DNA of 53,779 bases from Verrucomicrobiia bacterium. GTDB taxonomy: Bacteria > Verrucomicrobiota > Verrucomicrobiia > Limisphaerales > UBA11358. Of this stretch, positions 17,068-24,688 are shown piece after piece (positions within the stretch are counted from its first letter, which is position 1; the number at the start of each line of letters is the position of its first letter). The stretch lies in the NCBI GenBank assembly GCA_037138135.1, contig JBAXIY010000001.1, positions 1 through 53,779 on the forward strand. The letters run 5' to 3'. A program made the position numbers and the translations under genes. Under the pieces are notes generated by a model. The model had not been told where the DNA came from, did no database searches, and worked only from the letters and a program-made list of their open reading frames with translations.

Positions 17068-18042
17068 TCAAGGCAATTCCGGCGTCGCAGATTTTTTCAC
17101 GGCGGTAATGGTCAGCGTTGCGCCCTGCCCCACCAACGCCAATAGCAGCGTGGCCGGCAGGCTGATGACTGCCAGTATCGGCGTGAGCAGCACGGTGGCA
17201 ATTGCGGAAGGATAAGATTTATTTCCGGCAAATACCTTGGCGCTTTGACCGCGCAGCCAGTTGTAAAGCTCGTTGGGGCGCACCCCGAACCAGTTCAGCA
17301 ACGATTGCGTGAAACTGAAGGTGTCATATTCCGGCGCCAATGCGCTAAACCATTTCGGCTGCAAACCGGCTTCACCCAAATTCTGCGACAACGAGTTTAG
17401 CGTGTGATGTGACAGATGGCGCGGAATGTCCAGATGAAACCAGCCAGCTTGGGTCAGCTGCGCTTCCGGACTGCCAAAGTTCGGCACGGCGACCAGAAAT
17501 AATCCGCCCGGCCGCAAAATCCGCACGACTTCCGCCACCATCGGGCGCGGGTCGGAAACGTGCTCCAGCACATGCCACATCACCACGACATCAAAGCTGT
17601 TGGCTGGGAAATTTAATTCCGGCAACAACCCCACGCGCACCGGCAGCTTCAGGACTTCGCGGGCGAACCGACAGGCGTCGTCCGAAAATTCCGTGCCGGT
17701 CACGTCGCAACCCTGTTGCTGAAAGGCGCGGAGCAACAATCCGCGTCCGCAGCCAATGTCCAGCACCCGGGCGTTTTTTTGGTTCAAGCGGCGCAACACC
17801 TGTCCCGACCGCCAAGCGTAAAGTTTTTCCTGCAACCATTCCATCACTGCCGGAAAACGCCGTCCAGCCTTGTCGCCGTAATAACCCGCCGGGTAATAAC
17901 GCCCGATGTCCGTTGGCACGGGGGTGGTGACGACCTGCGCACAGCGACGGCAACGCGCCACCCGAAACGTCTCGCCGCTGATATAATCAAACGCGGGATA
18001 AAGTATTTCCACGTCCGAGGTGGGATGGGAGCAATTCTGCAT
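17068..18042 (-). CDS. class I SAM-dependent methyltransferase with N-terminal Cys-pair and C-terminal hydrophobic tail
   Basis: Start set at ATG 18042 (MQNCSHPTSD...). SAM motif VLDIGCGRGLLL. CRRCAQ is a zinc-ribbon-like pair. C-terminal LLTPILAVISLPATLLLALV. The 162 upstream codons in the ORF track are Ala/Ser/Val/Gly-rich with no recognisable motif and overlap the divergent gene. Confidence 0.8.
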   Translation of the reverse strand: MQNCSHPTSDVEILYPAFDYISGETFRVARCRRCAQVVTTPVPTDIGRYYPAGYYGDKAGRRFPAVMEWLQEKLYAWRSGQVLRRLNQKNARVLDIGCGRGLLLRAFQQQGCDVTGTEFSDDACRFAREVLKLPVRVGLLPELNFPANSFDVVVMWHVLEHVSDPRPMVAEVVRILRPGGLFLVAVPNFGSPEAQLTQAGWFHLDIPRHLSHHTLNSLSQNLGEAGLQPKWFSALAPEYDTFSFTQSLLNWFGVRPNELYNWLRGQSAKVFAGNKSYPSAIATVLLTPILAVISLPATLLLALVGQGATLTITAVKKSATPELP

Positions 18043-18151
18043 GGGAAAAATTAGGCTGCAAACTGTCATGCAAACAAGTCGAAATAGCGGCGCTAAAAAA
18101 ATAAACTGTGCGCGCCGAGAAAAATTAATATTGTCTGACCAATCGAAAACC

Positions 18152-18973
18152 ATGCCACCGAACACAGGCACGCCAAAAAAATCGGACGCCGCCGCCACCC
18201 TGACAAAAAAGGCTTGGCCGCAGCAGCTGCTTTTGGTGCTTACGCTGGCAGCAGCGGTGGCGACGTTGTTTAATCCTCCCGGCACAACCAGCAACCTTGA
18301 CCTACTGCTGGTATTGCTGGCGACCGCCGCGTCCATCTCCACGCTCGCCCGCCAGTTGCCGTTGCAAAGTGTCTTGTTCGCCGCCTTTATCACTGCGCTG
18401 ATTGGCGCGGCGACGCACGGCTTGAGCGCGCGCACTGGTCTGCCTCTGGGGCCGATTTCATTTGGCGAAACCGCCGGCCCGCAACTGTTCGACACCGTGC
18501 CGTGGACAGTGGGATTGATCTGGATCATCGCTCTCTTTAACTCGCGCGGCGTCGCCCGGCTGATATTGCGCCCTTGGCGACGGGTGAAAACCTACGGCTT
18601 CCTACTCATCGGCCTGACCGCGCTGCTGGCACTGGCGTTTGATCTGGCGCTCGAACCGTTTGCCCACGTGAAGCATCTCTGGCTATGGCAACCAACCAAA
18701 ATTTCCGTGTCCTGGCACGGGGCCTCGCCGTTGAGTTTGTTGGGCTGGACGTTTGTGTCACTGCTAATTCTCGTGATCATCATGCCGTATCTGATTCGTA
18801 AGCAGCCGGGCAATCCGAGCGCGCCGGACTGGTCGCCGCTGGGATTGTGGATTGGCACCGTGGTTTTGTTCACGGTGAGCGTAGCGCAAGCCGGACTGTG
18901 GGCGGCGGTATCGTTGAATGCGGTTATCGCCGTCGCCGCTGTAGTTTTCTCATGGCGTGGTGCGAAGTGGTGA
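18152..18973 (+). CDS. polytopic membrane protein (possibly DUF422 / carotenoid-biosynthesis-protein-like)
   Basis: Start chosen at ATG 18152 (MPPNTGTPKK...); the ORF opens at GTG 18020. About 7 hydrophobic helices. Ends 1 nt before the convergent CNNM gene. The family call is weak. Confidence 0.6.
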   Translation: MPPNTGTPKKSDAAATLTKKAWPQQLLLVLTLAAAVATLFNPPGTTSNLDLLLVLLATAASISTLARQLPLQSVLFAAFITALIGAATHGLSARTGLPLGPISFGETAGPQLFDTVPWTVGLIWIIALFNSRGVARLILRPWRRVKTYGFLLIGLTALLALAFDLALEPFAHVKHLWLWQPTKISVSWHGASPLSLLGWTFVSLLILVIIMPYLIRKQPGNPSAPDWSPLGLWIGTVVLFTVSVAQAGLWAAVSLNAVIAVAAVVFSWRGAKW

Positions 18974-18974
18974 A

Positions 18975-20276
18975 TCAGTTTTTCCGCGTAACCTTTAATT
19001 TTCCGACTCGCGTCCCGTCCATTTCCTCGACGCGCAACTCAAAATTGCCAATGGTCACAAAATCACCGGGCTTGGGAAAACCGCCGAGTTTTTCCGTCAC
19101 CCAGCCGCTCGCCGTCGTGGTATTTTCGCCGTGCGGCACGGTGCCGACGATTTTTTCCAGTTCATGCAACGCCAGCGTGCCAGCGGCTTCCCAGACATTT
19201 TCGCTGAGGCGCACCAGCTCGGATTTTTCCGAGTCAAACTCGTCCTGAATCTGACCGACGAGCGCCTCCATGGCGTTTTCCAAAGTCACGATGCCGACCG
19301 TGCCACCAAACTCATCCACAACAACAGCGAAATGCGATTTGCGATCCAAAAACCGGCGCAATAACTTATCGAGCGAGGCGGTTTCAGGAATGTAAAACAA
19401 TGCTCGGGCCAGCGGCAGCAATTCCGCGGCGGTCTTCGCGCGCTCGCGCAACGCATACAAATCTTTGATGTGAATCACACCAAGCGTCTTGTCCAAATCA
19501 CCGTTTTCGCAAATGGGAAAACGCGAATAGCGCGTTTTTTCCGCAAGCGCGATGCACTCGGCCAACGTTGCCGTCGTATCGAACGCCGTGATTTCATTGC
19601 GCGGACGCATCACTTCGCGTGCCGTGCGATGACGCAAATCGAGCGCATTCAAAATCAGATCACGCCGGTCGCCCGCGCCTTGCGCAGCCGACAACACGAC
19701 GCGCAATTCTTCTTCCGAATGGCGGTCGTGCAGTTCGCCGCCGGTGAAACCAAGCCAGCGCAAAACGATTTGCGACGAGCGGTGCAACACCCATATGAAC
19801 GGATACGAGATGCGGTAAAACCAATTTAACGGCGATGCGACCCACAGCGACATTTGCAGCGTGCGACGGATGGCGATGGCTTTTGGCACGAGTTCACCCG
19901 CGATGATGAGCAGATAGCAGTTCACAAAAAAGCCGACGACGATGGCGATGGTTCCCTGCGTGTGTTCATTGGAAATTTTCAGAAGTGGAAAAACCGGTTC
20001 CAGCAGCGCGTGAAAAACCGGTTCCACCAAAACGCCGAGCGCCATGCTTGCAAGCGTGATACCGAATTGCGTCGCGCCGATGTAGGAATCTATGTGTTTG
20101 ACGATGTGCCGCGCCGTGCGCGCGCGCCGATTACCTTTTTCTGCCAGCGGCGCAAGTTGCGTGTCGCGGATGCGGACGAAGGCCAGTTCTGCCGCGACAA
20201 AAAAGGCGTTGAACAACACCAAAACCGCCACGGCGAGCAGCTTTAAGCCGATGGATATGAGCGCATCCCAATTCAC
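18975..20276 (-). CDS. CNNM/CorB-type transporter (DUF21 + CBS pair + CorC_HlyC domain), hemolysin-family
   Basis: 433 aa. Transmembrane DUF21-like N-terminus, CBS region (AREVMRPRNEI...) and a C-terminal transporter-associated domain (GNFELRVEEMDGTRVGKLKV). GTG start overlaps the upstream stop. Confidence 0.85.
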   Translation of the reverse strand: MNWDALISIGLKLLAVAVLVLFNAFFVAAELAFVRIRDTQLAPLAEKGNRRARTARHIVKHIDSYIGATQFGITLASMALGVLVEPVFHALLEPVFPLLKISNEHTQGTIAIVVGFFVNCYLLIIAGELVPKAIAIRRTLQMSLWVASPLNWFYRISYPFIWVLHRSSQIVLRWLGFTGGELHDRHSEEELRVVLSAAQGAGDRRDLILNALDLRHRTAREVMRPRNEITAFDTTATLAECIALAEKTRYSRFPICENGDLDKTLGVIHIKDLYALRERAKTAAELLPLARALFYIPETASLDKLLRRFLDRKSHFAVVVDEFGGTVGIVTLENAMEALVGQIQDEFDSEKSELVRLSENVWEAAGTLALHELEKIVGTVPHGENTTTASGWVTEKLGGFPKPGDFVTIGNFELRVEEMDGTRVGKLKVTRKN

Positions 20277-21271
20277 AGTTTCACCTCGCCGAACATGAGC
20301 TTCAAAATATCTTCGAGCGATACGACGCCCGCTTCGCTGCCGTCATGAGCCAGCACAATCGCGAGCCGCTGGCCGGCACGTTGCATCCGGCGCAAGGCGA
20401 TTTCGAGCCGCGTGCTGTCGTCGAGAAACAACGCGGGCGACATAAATTCGCCTGCCGTTTTTTCGGCGTCCAATTTTTCCACGAACAACAATGCGCCGAC
20501 GTCGAGCATGCCTGCTATGCGTCGTTTTCCATCGCGGGTTTCCCAGACCGGCAGGCGCGAAAGATTTTTTTCCGCCGCAATTTTCAATGCGTCGCGCAAC
20601 GGTGATTGCACTTCGAGCGAATAAGTCTTGGCCAGCGGAATCGTGATTTGCGCAACGGTAAAATGTTGCAGATCCAGAACGCGATTGACCATCGCGTGTT
20701 CCTCGCTGGTGAGCGCTTGAGCGGCTTCGGCCATCACCGCGCGCATTTCTTCGCGATTGCCGAACAGCCGCGCGGTGAAAGCCCGCGACCCACGCCAACG
20801 CAGGACGAGTTGCGAAACGCTCTCGACCAAAAATACCAGCGGCGCCAGCGCCAGATGGACGAGCCGAACGGCATTGGCGGAGGCCAGACAGAGTCGGTTT
20901 GGATACGCGCGGAATAACATTTTCGGCAGCAAATCGAAAAACGAATAAAATCCAAATACGATGACCGCGAACAGGACAATAATCAAAAGGGTTTGACCAC
21001 CAAACCATTCGTGCAGCTTGGCGATGACCCAGCCGAGAATGAGAAAATTTACCAGCGTATTACCGACGAGAATCGTCCACAGGAATTTCTCCGGCTTTTC
21101 CAGAAACCCATGAAGAATCTGCGCCTGCGAGTTGCCCAAGCGCGCGAGCCGCCGCACGCGGAGACGGTTCAGCGCAAACACGCCCGACTCCATGCCCGAC
21201 AGTAAAAACGACAGCAACAGGCACAGTGCGACGCCAAAAAATGCGACAAGAAATGTGGTATAGCTGGTCAT
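20273..21271 (-). CDS. CNNM-type membrane protein (DUF21 + CBS pair, lacking CorC_HlyC domain)
   Basis: 332 aa. Same architecture as its neighbours but ends right after the CBS pair (VVSLEDILKLMFGEVKL). ATGA overlap with the upstream gene. Confidence 0.8.
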   Translation of the reverse strand: MTSYTTFLVAFFGVALCLLLSFLLSGMESGVFALNRLRVRRLARLGNSQAQILHGFLEKPEKFLWTILVGNTLVNFLILGWVIAKLHEWFGGQTLLIIVLFAVIVFGFYSFFDLLPKMLFRAYPNRLCLASANAVRLVHLALAPLVFLVESVSQLVLRWRGSRAFTARLFGNREEMRAVMAEAAQALTSEEHAMVNRVLDLQHFTVAQITIPLAKTYSLEVQSPLRDALKIAAEKNLSRLPVWETRDGKRRIAGMLDVGALLFVEKLDAEKTAGEFMSPALFLDDSTRLEIALRRMQRAGQRLAIVLAHDGSEAGVVSLEDILKLMFGEVKL

Positions 21272-22488
21272 TTGATTTGTTGCACCAGTAGTTCGCGCAC
21301 GCGCCGTTCGTCAGCGACTTGCGCAGTGAATTTCAAGCCGGCAAACATCGCGGATTCGCCAGCCGCCGGGACCACGCCGAGGAGATGCGTCAGCAAACCA
21401 CCCATTGTTTCAACCTCGGGCACGTCGGGCAGCGGTGGAAATTCGCGGCGGAAATCTTCCAGCCGCATCGTGCCATTCACGCGCCAGTGGCCGGGCGACA
21501 ATTTTTCCAGCACAAAACCCTGCGGTTCCGTAGCCACGCGGATTTTTCCGACGATGCCGCCGAGAATATCTTCCATTGTCACCAAGCCGGCGGCGCTACC
21601 GAATTCATCTAGCACAATGGCGAGACCGCGCTGCTGCTTTTGCAACGCGCGAAACAGTTGGAGCAGATTCATGGATTCGGGCACGAACGAGGGAAATTCA
21701 ATCACCTCAGCCAAATCAATCTTCGGATCGAGCAACAAAGCACGCGTGTTCAGGATGCCGACGATGGTGTCCGGCGTCTCGTCGTAAATCGGCAGCCGGC
21801 GATGCTTGTATTTTTGCGCCGTTGCGATCATCTCTGCCACCGTCGCGTCATCGGAAACACACGTCATCCCTGCACGCGGGCGCATCACGTCGCGCGCGGT
21901 GCGGCGGTCGAGGCTGATGATTTGCAAAATAATTTCGCGCTCGGATTCCTCCAGCGTGCCCTGGTGCCACGCGAGTTCGAGCAACTCTTGATATTCCGCC
22001 TCGGTCACGGCGGCGGGCGGCGTGGCGGTAGCGGCGGCTTGTTTTAAAATCGCGGCGGTCGTCCATTGCGCCGCGCGATAAAATGGTTTCGTCACGCGGC
22101 GAAAAATCAGCAGCGGCCACGCCACGCGCAACGCCCAACGTTCTGGCTGCCGCACCGCGAGCGTCTTGGGCAGCACTTCACCCACGAGCAAAACGACCGC
22201 CGCGAGCGCGAGCATCGTCAGGCCGAAGCCCCAGCGCGCGTTGAACACCATGCGGAGCGCGACGGCTAGGATGGCGGCGTTGGCGAAGGTATTGCCCAGC
22301 GCGAGGGTGGCCTGCAAATCGTGCGGCCGTTCGAGCAGTTGGAAAACGATGCGTCCAGCGCGGGATTTTTTTTCAGAAAGCTGCGTCACCTGCCATTTGC
22401 TCAATGAAAAAAGCGCCGTCTCCGCCAGCGCGAAGAAAAAACTCGCGCCCGCGAACCCCAGCACCGCCATAATCATCGCCGTTTCCAC
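21268..22488 (-). CDS. CNNM/CorB-type transporter (DUF21 + CBS pair + CorC_HlyC domain), hemolysin-family
   Basis: 406 aa. DUF21-like helices, CBS region (ARDVMRPRAGM...) and a CorC_HlyC-like C-terminus (GHWRVNGTMRLEDF...FTAQVADERRVREL). GTG at 22488; ATGs at 22476/22470 are alternatives. Confidence 0.85.
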   Translation of the reverse strand: METAMIMAVLGFAGASFFFALAETALFSLSKWQVTQLSEKKSRAGRIVFQLLERPHDLQATLALGNTFANAAILAVALRMVFNARWGFGLTMLALAAVVLLVGEVLPKTLAVRQPERWALRVAWPLLIFRRVTKPFYRAAQWTTAAILKQAAATATPPAAVTEAEYQELLELAWHQGTLEESEREIILQIISLDRRTARDVMRPRAGMTCVSDDATVAEMIATAQKYKHRRLPIYDETPDTIVGILNTRALLLDPKIDLAEVIEFPSFVPESMNLLQLFRALQKQQRGLAIVLDEFGSAAGLVTMEDILGGIVGKIRVATEPQGFVLEKLSPGHWRVNGTMRLEDFRREFPPLPDVPEVETMGGLLTHLLGVVPAAGESAMFAGLKFTAQVADERRVRELLVQQIK

Positions 22489-22560
22489 GCGGAGACATTA
22501 AGCACAAATGCTTCGCCGGAAAAGGCAATAACCGCCAAGTCGCCAAGGCTGGTATGATTT

Positions 22561-22618
22561 AATTAGGAAGGCAGGAAGGCAGAAAAAACCTAATTCCTGC
22601 TTTCCTGTCTTCCTTATT
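22561..22618. repeat. periodic-arm inverted repeat (8-nt units AGGAAGGC)
   Basis: AATTAGGAAGGCAGGAAGGCAG (22561-22582) faces CTGCTTTCCTGTCTTCCTTATT (22597-22618). Read as plus-strand RNA this gives 19 Watson-Crick pairs, 2 G-U pairs and 1 mismatch, with a 14-nt loop. Confidence 0.7.
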
Positions 22619-22690
22619 CAGCTTTCCCCTGATGCTCTTGGTAAATTGGCGACTCAACTAATTTCCGGCTTGGCTCAGGCAAAAAACGGT

Positions 22691-22719
22691 TTGACACTTT
22701 TACCATTCAACATCATTGT
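22691..22719 (+). promoter_or_regulatory. candidate promoter of the riboswitch-controlled operon
   Basis: Perfect -35 TTGACA (22691-22696). Only a weak -10 candidate (CATTGT, 17-nt spacer). The position fits a transcription start ~15-20 nt before riboswitch helix P1. Confidence 0.3.
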
Positions 22720-22742
22720 ATCCGCATCCGTTGATTTGACGG

Positions 22743-22860
22743 ACTCATAAAGAGTGGTTGAGGGACTGGCCCGTTGACACCACGGCAACCGATTGAATTT
22801 AGTTTCAATGACAGGTGCCAATTCCAGCTCGAGCATCATTAGCTTGGGAAAAAATGAGAA
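22743..22860 (+). promoter_or_regulatory. SAM-I (S-box) riboswitch aptamer
   Basis: CTCATAAAGAGTGGTTGAGGGACTGGCCCGTTGACACCACGGCAACC...CAGGTGCCAATTCCAGC...AAAATGAG matches the SAM-I core (AGAG-GG-GAGGGA-CUGGCCC-UGA-CC-GGCAACC, GGUGCCAAUUCC). P1 pairs CTCAT with ATGAG. Confidence 0.85.
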
Positions 22861-22878
22861 GAGCACAACTGTTTTGTC

Positions 22879-22914
22879 GCCCCTTCTCCTTGTGAGTCGG
22901 GGCTTTTTTATTTT
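22879..22914 (+). terminator. riboswitch expression-platform terminator
   Basis: GCCCC-TT-CTC [CTTGT] GAG-TC-GGGGC is followed by TTTTTTATTTT. GAGAAG (22856-22861, overlapping the 3' half of P1) is complementary to CTTCTC (22883-22888), which gives an antiterminator alternative. Confidence 0.7.
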
Positions 22915-22926
22915 AAGCACCGAATA

Positions 22927-23006
22927 GCCACAGAGGCACCGAGGTCACAGAGCAAATAAATGGTGGCCGTGCGCAAGCACCTCTGTGCGCTCTGTGTCTC
23001 TGTGGC
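22927..23006. repeat. periodic-arm inverted repeat (CACAGAG-type 8-9-nt units) in the 5' UTR
   Basis: GCCACAGAG GCACCGAGG TCACAGAGC (22927-22953) faces GCACCTCTGTG CGCTCTGTG TCTCTGTGGC (22977-23006). The outer 9 bp are perfect and the inner units match 6/9 and 7/9. Confidence 0.65.
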
Positions 23007-23021
23007 AAAATTAATTTTATT

Positions 23022-24281
23022 ATGAGTGAAAAGCATCAAGGTTACATGAAGGCGCTCAAGTGCCGCGAATGCGGACGCGAATATCCGCTCGAAGCCACGC
23101 ACGTCTGCGAGTTCGACTTTGGCCCGCTCGAAGTCGCCTACGATTACGACCGCATCAAGAAGGCGCTCTCCCGCGAAATTATCGCGTCGCGTCCGAAAAC
23201 GATGTGGCGTTACCGCGAGTTGCTGCCCATCGCCGGCGAACCGACCGTTGGCCCGCTCGTCGGTTTCACGCCGCTCGTCAAGGCCGACCGCCTTGCGAAG
23301 GCGCTCGGCATCCGCGAACTTTGGGTCAAGAACGACGCCGTGAATTATCCGACGCTGTCATTCAAGGACCGCGTCGTCAGCGTTGCCTTGAGCCGCGCGA
23401 AGGAACTCGGTTTCAAGACCGTCGCGTGCGCTTCCACGGGAAATTTGGCCAACTCCGTCGCCGCCAACGCCGCGAGCGTCGGCTTGAAAAGCTATGTTTT
23501 TATTCCGTCGGATTTGGAGCAGGGAAAAATTTTGAACTCGCTCATCTACGGTTCCAATGTCATTGGCATCAAGGGCCATTACGATGAAGTGAACCGCCTC
23601 TGCGCCGAAATCGCCGGCAAGTTCGGCTGGGCGTTTGTGAACGTCAATATGCGCCCCTACTACGCCGAAGGCTCCAAGAGCATGGCGTATGAAATCGCCG
23701 AGCAACTCGGCTGGCGCGCGCCGCAGCACACCATCGTGCCGATGGCTTCCGGCTCGCTGCTCACCAAGATTCACAAAGGCTATCAGGAACTCGTGAAGGT
23801 CGGCCTCATCAGCGACACGCAGCCAAAAGTTTACGGCGCGCAAGCCACCGGCTGCTCGCCGATTTCCACCGCGCAACGCGCCGGTCTGGATTTCTTCAAG
23901 CCCGTCAAGCCCGATACGATTGCAAAATCGCTCGCCATCGGCACGCCGGCGGACGGTTTTTACGCGCTCAAGGTGATGCGCGAAACCAACGCCGCGGCCG
24001 ACGACGTGACCGACGACGAAATCCGCGACGCGATCAAGCTGCTGGCCGAGACGGAAGGCATTTTTGCCGAGACCGCCGGCGGCGTGACCGTGGGCGTGGC
24101 GAAGAAACTCATTGCTTCCGGCAAGATTCCGAAGAATGATTCCGCCGTCATCTGCGTCACCGGCAACGGCCTCAAGACGCTCGACGCCGTCAACGGCTAT
24201 TGCGGCAAGCCGCGTGAAATCAAGCCGAGCCTGCGCGAGTTCGAGGCGCTGCTGGCGCATGAAGAAAAAGTGAATGCGTAA
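23022..24281 (+). CDS. threonine-synthase-family PLP enzyme (ThrC-like; probable sulfur-carrier-dependent homocysteine synthase, MetM-type)
   Basis: 419 aa. N-terminal Cys-rich KCRECGREY...HVCEF. PLP-lysine motif PTLSFKDRVV, plus ASTGNLANS and TGNGLK. Lies downstream of the SAM-I riboswitch and upstream of a GG-terminated ThiS/MoaD-like gene. Confidence 0.85.
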   Translation: MSEKHQGYMKALKCRECGREYPLEATHVCEFDFGPLEVAYDYDRIKKALSREIIASRPKTMWRYRELLPIAGEPTVGPLVGFTPLVKADRLAKALGIRELWVKNDAVNYPTLSFKDRVVSVALSRAKELGFKTVACASTGNLANSVAANAASVGLKSYVFIPSDLEQGKILNSLIYGSNVIGIKGHYDEVNRLCAEIAGKFGWAFVNVNMRPYYAEGSKSMAYEIAEQLGWRAPQHTIVPMASGSLLTKIHKGYQELVKVGLISDTQPKVYGAQATGCSPISTAQRAGLDFFKPVKPDTIAKSLAIGTPADGFYALKVMRETNAAADDVTDDEIRDAIKLLAETEGIFAETAGGVTVGVAKKLIASGKIPKNDSAVICVTGNGLKTLDAVNGYCGKPREIKPSLREFEALLAHEEKVNA

Positions 24282-24286
24282 TATTT

Positions 24287-24679
24287 ATGGTGCAAAGCCC
24301 TTTTCTCCGTTCAATCATTCATGGTTGTCTGACGGGGATTTTGACTTTGGCTCTTGGCATTTACTTGGCCATTTCAGAAGCATGGACTTGGAAAACTGTT
24401 GACCTTAAATATCCGCTTCTGATTCTTATCGCATTATTATTATTGCTGAATGCTTTTGTCGAAACGGCTCGTGGTTTGTGGCAAGGCTTCGTTTGTGGCT
24501 TGTTCTTTGTAATGCCAATTCTTTTAGCCTGTTTTGCATTGAGTTGGTATTTTTGGCAAAGTTCACAAGCTGCATTTCGAGCAGAGTTAAGATTTGTCGA
24601 AGAAGTATCGTTTGTATTATCTGTAATTTTTACACCGATCGTTTTACAGTTGCGAAACAAAGTTACGCCGAAAATTTGA
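24287..24679 (+). CDS. small 4-TM membrane protein, unknown function, compositionally atypical
   Basis: 130-aa ORF filling the gap between the ThrC-like stop (24281) and the carrier-protein start (24689). Four hydrophobic helices. Three 60-nt lines counted at 38-40% G+C versus 58-63% in flanking lines. Confidence 0.55.
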   Translation: MVQSPFLRSIIHGCLTGILTLALGIYLAISEAWTWKTVDLKYPLLILIALLLLLNAFVETARGLWQGFVCGLFFVMPILLACFALSWYFWQSSQAAFRAELRFVEEVSFVLSVIFTPIVLQLRNKVTPKI

Positions 24680-24688
24680 AATTAATTT

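Noticed and set aside
18043-18528. 162-codon N-terminal extension of the methyltransferase ORF
   Set aside because: It has no recognisable domain, is Ala/Ser/Val/Gly-rich with no recognisable motif, and overlaps the divergent membrane-protein gene. The methyltransferase fold is complete from ATG 18042.
22489-22700. Mg2+-sensing M-box riboswitch upstream of the CNNM operon (minus strand)
   Set aside because: I read the reverse complement of the leader and found none of the conserved M-box blocks. Only the periodic hairpin is present.
22675-23102. Minus-strand ORFs 22675..22920 and 22908..23102
   Set aside because: The first lies across the SAM-I riboswitch. The second is generated by the CACAGAG-type hairpin and the 5' end of the ThrC-like gene. 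Both are by-products of structured non-coding sequence.
23358-24260. 300-aa minus-strand ORF
   Set aside because: It is antisense to the ThrC-like gene, which has a clear PLP-lysine motif. The antisense product is Arg/Ala/Gly-rich without motifs.
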